NCBI GenBank assembly: GCA_040902395.1
Contig: JBBDXH010000084.1
Location: 1 to 33,970, forward strand
From: Dehalococcoidia bacterium
GTDB taxonomy: Bacteria > Chloroflexota > Dehalococcoidia > UBA2979
Length of the DNA: 33,970 nt
Direction of reading: 5' to 3'
Numbering within the stretch: position 1 is the stretch's first letter; each line of letters opens with the position of its first letter. The notes under the pieces were generated by a model. That model worked only from the letters and a program-made list of their open reading frames with translations, was not told the origin of the DNA and searched no databases. The translations under genes and the position numbers were made by a program. Below are positions 31,278 to 33,970 of this stretch, one piece after another.

Positions 31278-31312
31278 CCCCGGCGGCCGGCCTGGCCGTG
31301 ACGGGGTTTCTT
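31278..31312 (+). terminator. Imperfect hairpin plus TTTCTT in the rpoB leader (possible attenuator, or the S8 gene terminator)
   Basis: CCCCGGCGGCC..GGCCGTGACGGGG at 31278-31306, followed by TTTCTT at 31307-31312. Confidence 0.3.
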
Positions 31313-31400
31313 CATGTCTCCGCACATCGGAGCACGAACGAGCTGCTGACGCCGCCGCATCCGCCCCGCCACCGCGACGGGTCCGCGAGGGGAGTATCGC

Positions 31401-33970
31401 TTGACCATTGACCGCCGCATCGTCTCGTCCCTGCGAAAGGTGCCTACCCTCAAGAGGGACTTCGGCAAGGCCGTGCATGTCATGGAGATGCCGAACCTGA
31501 TCGACATGCCCCGTCGGTCGTACGAGCGCTTCCTCCGAGAGGGGCTGCGCGAGCTGTTCGACGAGATCTCGCCGATCGAGGACTTCACGGGCGGCCGCAT
31601 GGAACTGCGCTTCGGCGAGTACCACTTCGAGGATGCGAAGTACTCGGAAGCCGAGTGCCGCGACCGCGAGCGCACCTACGCCGCGCCGATGCGCGTACGC
31701 GTCGAACTGCTGGTGAAGGAGACCGGGGAGGTCAAGGAGCAGGAGCTCTTCATGGGCGATGTGCCCATGATGACCAACCACGGCACGTTCATCATCAACG
31801 GCGCCGAGCGCGTCGTGGTTTCGCAGCTCGTCCGGTCGCCGGGCGCCTACTTCACCGCCGACACGGATCCCGCCACCGGCCGCAGGCTGACCGCCGCCAA
31901 GCTCATTCCGAACCGCGGCGCATGGCTCGAGTTCGAGACCTCGAACAAGGACCTGATCTCGGTCAAGGTCGACCGCAAGCGCCGCATCCCGGTCACCGTG
32001 CTGCTGCGCGCGATCGACCAGGAAGAGGGCCTCACGAACGACGAGCTCGGCGTGGACGATCGCGTGCGTGCGCTGCTCCAGGACGTGGACACGAACGAGG
32101 ATCACTCCTACCTCGAGGCCACGCTCGCGAAGGACCCGACCGAGAACCGCAAGGAAGCGCTCGAGGAGTTCTACCGGCGCCTGCGCCCCGGCGATCCCCC
32201 CACGACCGACAATGCCAACGCGCTGCTCGAGACGTTGTTCTTCACTGACCGTCGCTATGACCTCGGCAACGTCGGCCGCTACAAGCTGAACAAGCGCCTG
32301 GCCCTCGTCGACGCACCAGAGACCCGCACGCTCCGGCGCGCAGACCTCGTCGCGATCGTGCGGCGCATCTTCGACATCAATAACGGCAAGGGCACGGCGG
32401 ACGACATCGACCACCTGGGCAACCGCCGCGTGCGCTCGGTGGGTGAGCTGATGCAGAACCAGTTCCGCATCGGCCTGCTGCGCATGGAGCGCGTGGTTCG
32501 CGAGCGCATGACGATCACCGACCCCGAGGAGGCCACGCCGTCGGCGCTGGTCAACATCCGTCCGGTGGTCGCGTCGATGAAGGAGTTCTTCGGCGGCTCG
32601 CAGCTCTCGCAGTTCATGGACCAGGTGAACCCGCTCTCGGAGATCGCGCACAAGCGCAAGCTCTCCGCGCTCGGCCCCGGCGGTCTCTCGCGTGACCGCG
32701 CGGGCTTCGATGTGCGTGACGTACACCACAGCCACTACGGCCGCATCTGCCCGATCGAGACCCCCGAAGGTCCGAACATCGGCCTGATCGGCAGCCTGGC
32801 GTCCTACGGCATCGTGAACGACTTCGGCTTCATCGAGACGCCGTACCGCCCCGTGATCCACGAACTGCCGAAGCGAAACAACCGGCAGCTCACGGGCCGC
32901 ATCCTGGCCGACACCGTGAAGACCGAGACCGGCAAGATCCTCGGTCGCGAGGACCAGACGGTCGACGAGGACATGGCGCGCGCCCTCGGCGACGCCAAGG
33001 ACGACATGATTCCCGTGCGCCCCTTCGCCTCCGCCGAGGTCGTCTATCTCGACGCGCACGAGGAGGAGAAGTTCCGCATCGCGCAGGCAAACACGGCCGT
33101 CGATGCGAGCGGCAACATCCTCGACCAGCGCGTCGAGGTGCGGCACGGCGAGGAGCTCGCGATGATCGCGCCGGTGGACGTCGACTACATCGACGTCTCA
33201 CCCAAGCAGATCGTGTCTGTGGCCGCCGCGCTCATTCCGTTCCTCGAGCACGACGACGCGAACCGCGCCCTCATGGGCGCGAACATGCAGCGGCAGGCCG
33301 TGCCGCTGATCCGCCCCGAGGTGCCGCTCGTGGGCACGGGTGTGGAGCTGCAGGCGGCGGTCGACTCCGGCCAGGTGATCGTGGCCGAGGAGGACGGCGA
33401 GGTGCTCGTCGCGACGGCGAACTTCATCACCGTCCGCTACCAGTCGGGCCGCGAAACGCGCCACCCGGTGCTCAAGTTCGTGCGCTCGAACCAGGGCACG
33501 TGCGTCAACCAGCGTCCGATCGTCGAGCCCGGACAGCGCGTGCGGCGCGGCCAGCCCCTCGCCGACTCATCCTGCACGCAGGACGGCGAGCTCGCGCTCG
33601 GTCAGTCGCTGCTCGTCGGGTTCATGTCCTGGGAAGGCCTGAACTTCGAGGACGCGATCATCCTCTCGGAGTCCATCGTTCGCGACGACAAATTCACCTC
33701 GATCCACATCGAGAAGTACGAGGTGGAGGCGCGCGACACCAAGCTCGGGCCTGAGGAGATCACGCGCGACATCCCGAACGTCGGCGAAGAGGCGCTTCGT
33801 GACCTCGACGACGAGGGCATCATCCGCATCGGCGCCGAGGTCCGTGAGGGCGACATCCTCGTCGGCAAGATCACGCCGAAGGGCGAGACGGAGCTGACGC
33901 CGGAGGAGAAGCTGCTGCGCGCGATCTTCGGTGAGAAGGCGCGCGAGGTGAAGGACACGAGCCTGCGCGT
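31401..33970 (+). CDS. rpoB: DNA-directed RNA polymerase subunit beta, 5' partial (856 codons; continues beyond the window)
   Basis: This frame is not listed in the ORF track because it has no stop in the window; I translated it by hand. TTG at 31401 with GAGGGGAG 6 nt upstream. [23 protein letters not shown].., [84 protein letters not shown]. Confidence 0.96.
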   Translation, partial: MTIDRRIVSSLRKVPTLKRDFGKAVHVMEMPNLIDMPRRSYERFLREGLRELFDEISPIEDFTGGRMELRFGEYHFEDAKYSEAECRDRERTYAAPMRVRVELLVKETGEVKEQELFMGDVPMMTNHGTFIINGAERVVVSQLVRSPGAYFTADTDPATGRRLTAAKLIPNRGAWLEFETSNKDLISVKVDRKRRIPVTVLLRAIDQEEGLTNDELGVDDRVRALLQDVDTNEDHSYLEATLAKDPTENRKEALEEFYRRLRPGDPPTTDNANALLETLFFTDRRYDLGNVGRYKLNKRLALVDAPETRTLRRADLVAIVRRIFDINNGKGTADDIDHLGNRRVRSVGELMQNQFRIGLLRMERVVRERMTITDPEEATPSALVNIRPVVASMKEFFGGSQLSQFMDQVNPLSEIAHKRKLSALGPGGLSRDRAGFDVRDVHHSHYGRICPIETPEGPNIGLIGSLASYGIVNDFGFIETPYRPVIHELPKRNNRQLTGRILADTVKTETGKILGREDQTVDEDMARALGDAKDDMIPVRPFASAEVVYLDAHEEEKFRIAQANTAVDASGNILDQRVEVRHGEELAMIAPVDVDYIDVSPKQIVSVAAALIPFLEHDDANRALMGANMQRQAVPLIRPEVPLVGTGVELQAAVDSGQVIVAEEDGEVLVATANFITVRYQSGRETRHPVLKFVRSNQGTCVNQRPIVEPGQRVRRGQPLADSSCTQDGELALGQSLLVGFMSWEGLNFEDAIILSESIVRDDKFTSIHIEKYEVEARDTKLGPEEITRDIPNVGEEALRDLDDEGIIRIGAEVREGDILVGKITPKGETELTPEEKLLRAIFGEKAREVKDTSLR

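Noticed and set aside
31251-33146. 631-aa minus-strand ORF, and other minus-strand ORFs (33198..33464, 33602..33958) opposite rpoB
   Set aside because: These are antisense shadows of rpoB. The true + frame, which is absent from the track because it has no stop in the window, translates into canonical RpoB motifs.
1-33970. Search for mobile elements, tRNA/rRNA genes, toxin-antitoxin pairs or known defence systems
   Set aside because: I saw no transposase, integrase or recombinase motifs, no terminal inverted repeats flanking a cargo, and no tRNA-like GTTCGAATC T-arm signatures in intergenic regions. I saw no nuclease, helicase or methylase clusters typical of defence islands. Composition looks uniform by eye. 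These absence calls are by eye and should be confirmed with tRNAscan-SE, ISfinder and DefenseFinder-type tools.

Overview
This is a very GC-rich bacterial chromosomal window. Gene content and repeat type look Chloroflexota/Thermomicrobia-like or Actinomycetota-like, but the lineage cannot be fixed without a database search. I support 28 CDS. Most other long ORFs in the six-frame track are Arg/Ala/Pro/Gly-rich antisense or out-of-frame shadows, as expected in high-GC DNA.

Gene order, left to right:
- a 79-bp tandem repeat at the left edge
- a T-box leader and type-2 ileS
- two tandem GNAT paralogues
- (minus strand) an ABC-2 permease, coupled to an ATPase that is fused in frame to a YihY/BrkB membrane domain
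- proB and an overlapping methyltransferase
- (minus strand) a DD-carboxypeptidase
- a DUF3105-DsbA-VKOR disulfide module
- a small acidic hypothetical protein, a cytidylate-kinase-like protein and an MFS transporter
- (minus strand) rimI and an OsmC-family gene
- ruvB preceded by GAAC-N4-GTTC boxes, then a RidA-family gene
- (minus strand) pspC-domain gene translationally coupled to a downstream PaaI thioesterase gene
- htpX
- (minus strand) an orphan intramembrane-type histidine kinase
- a YqeK-like HD protein
- (minus strand) two adjacent acyl-CoA dehydrogenases
- a 721-aa protein: class-A beta-lactamase-like ectodomain, TM segment, long cytoplasmic coiled-coil
- (minus strand) a flavin reductase with a charged helical tail, and a 64-aa Cys/His protein
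- an S8 peptidase
- the 5' 2.57 kb of rpoB, running off the right edge

I saw no tRNA, rRNA, CRISPR array, transposase, integrase or recognisable defence gene. The window reads as core and cell-envelope chromosome rather than an accessory island.

The items most worth follow-up are the two unusual membrane-protein architectures (the YihY-ABC fusion and the beta-lactamase-like/coiled-coil protein). After those come the shared N-terminal anchor in the disulfide module, the ACAD pair that looks like a catalytic/non-catalytic heteromer, and the regulatory RNA/DNA sites (T-box, SOS-like boxes). All domain calls come from reading motifs by eye; no searches or computations were run.
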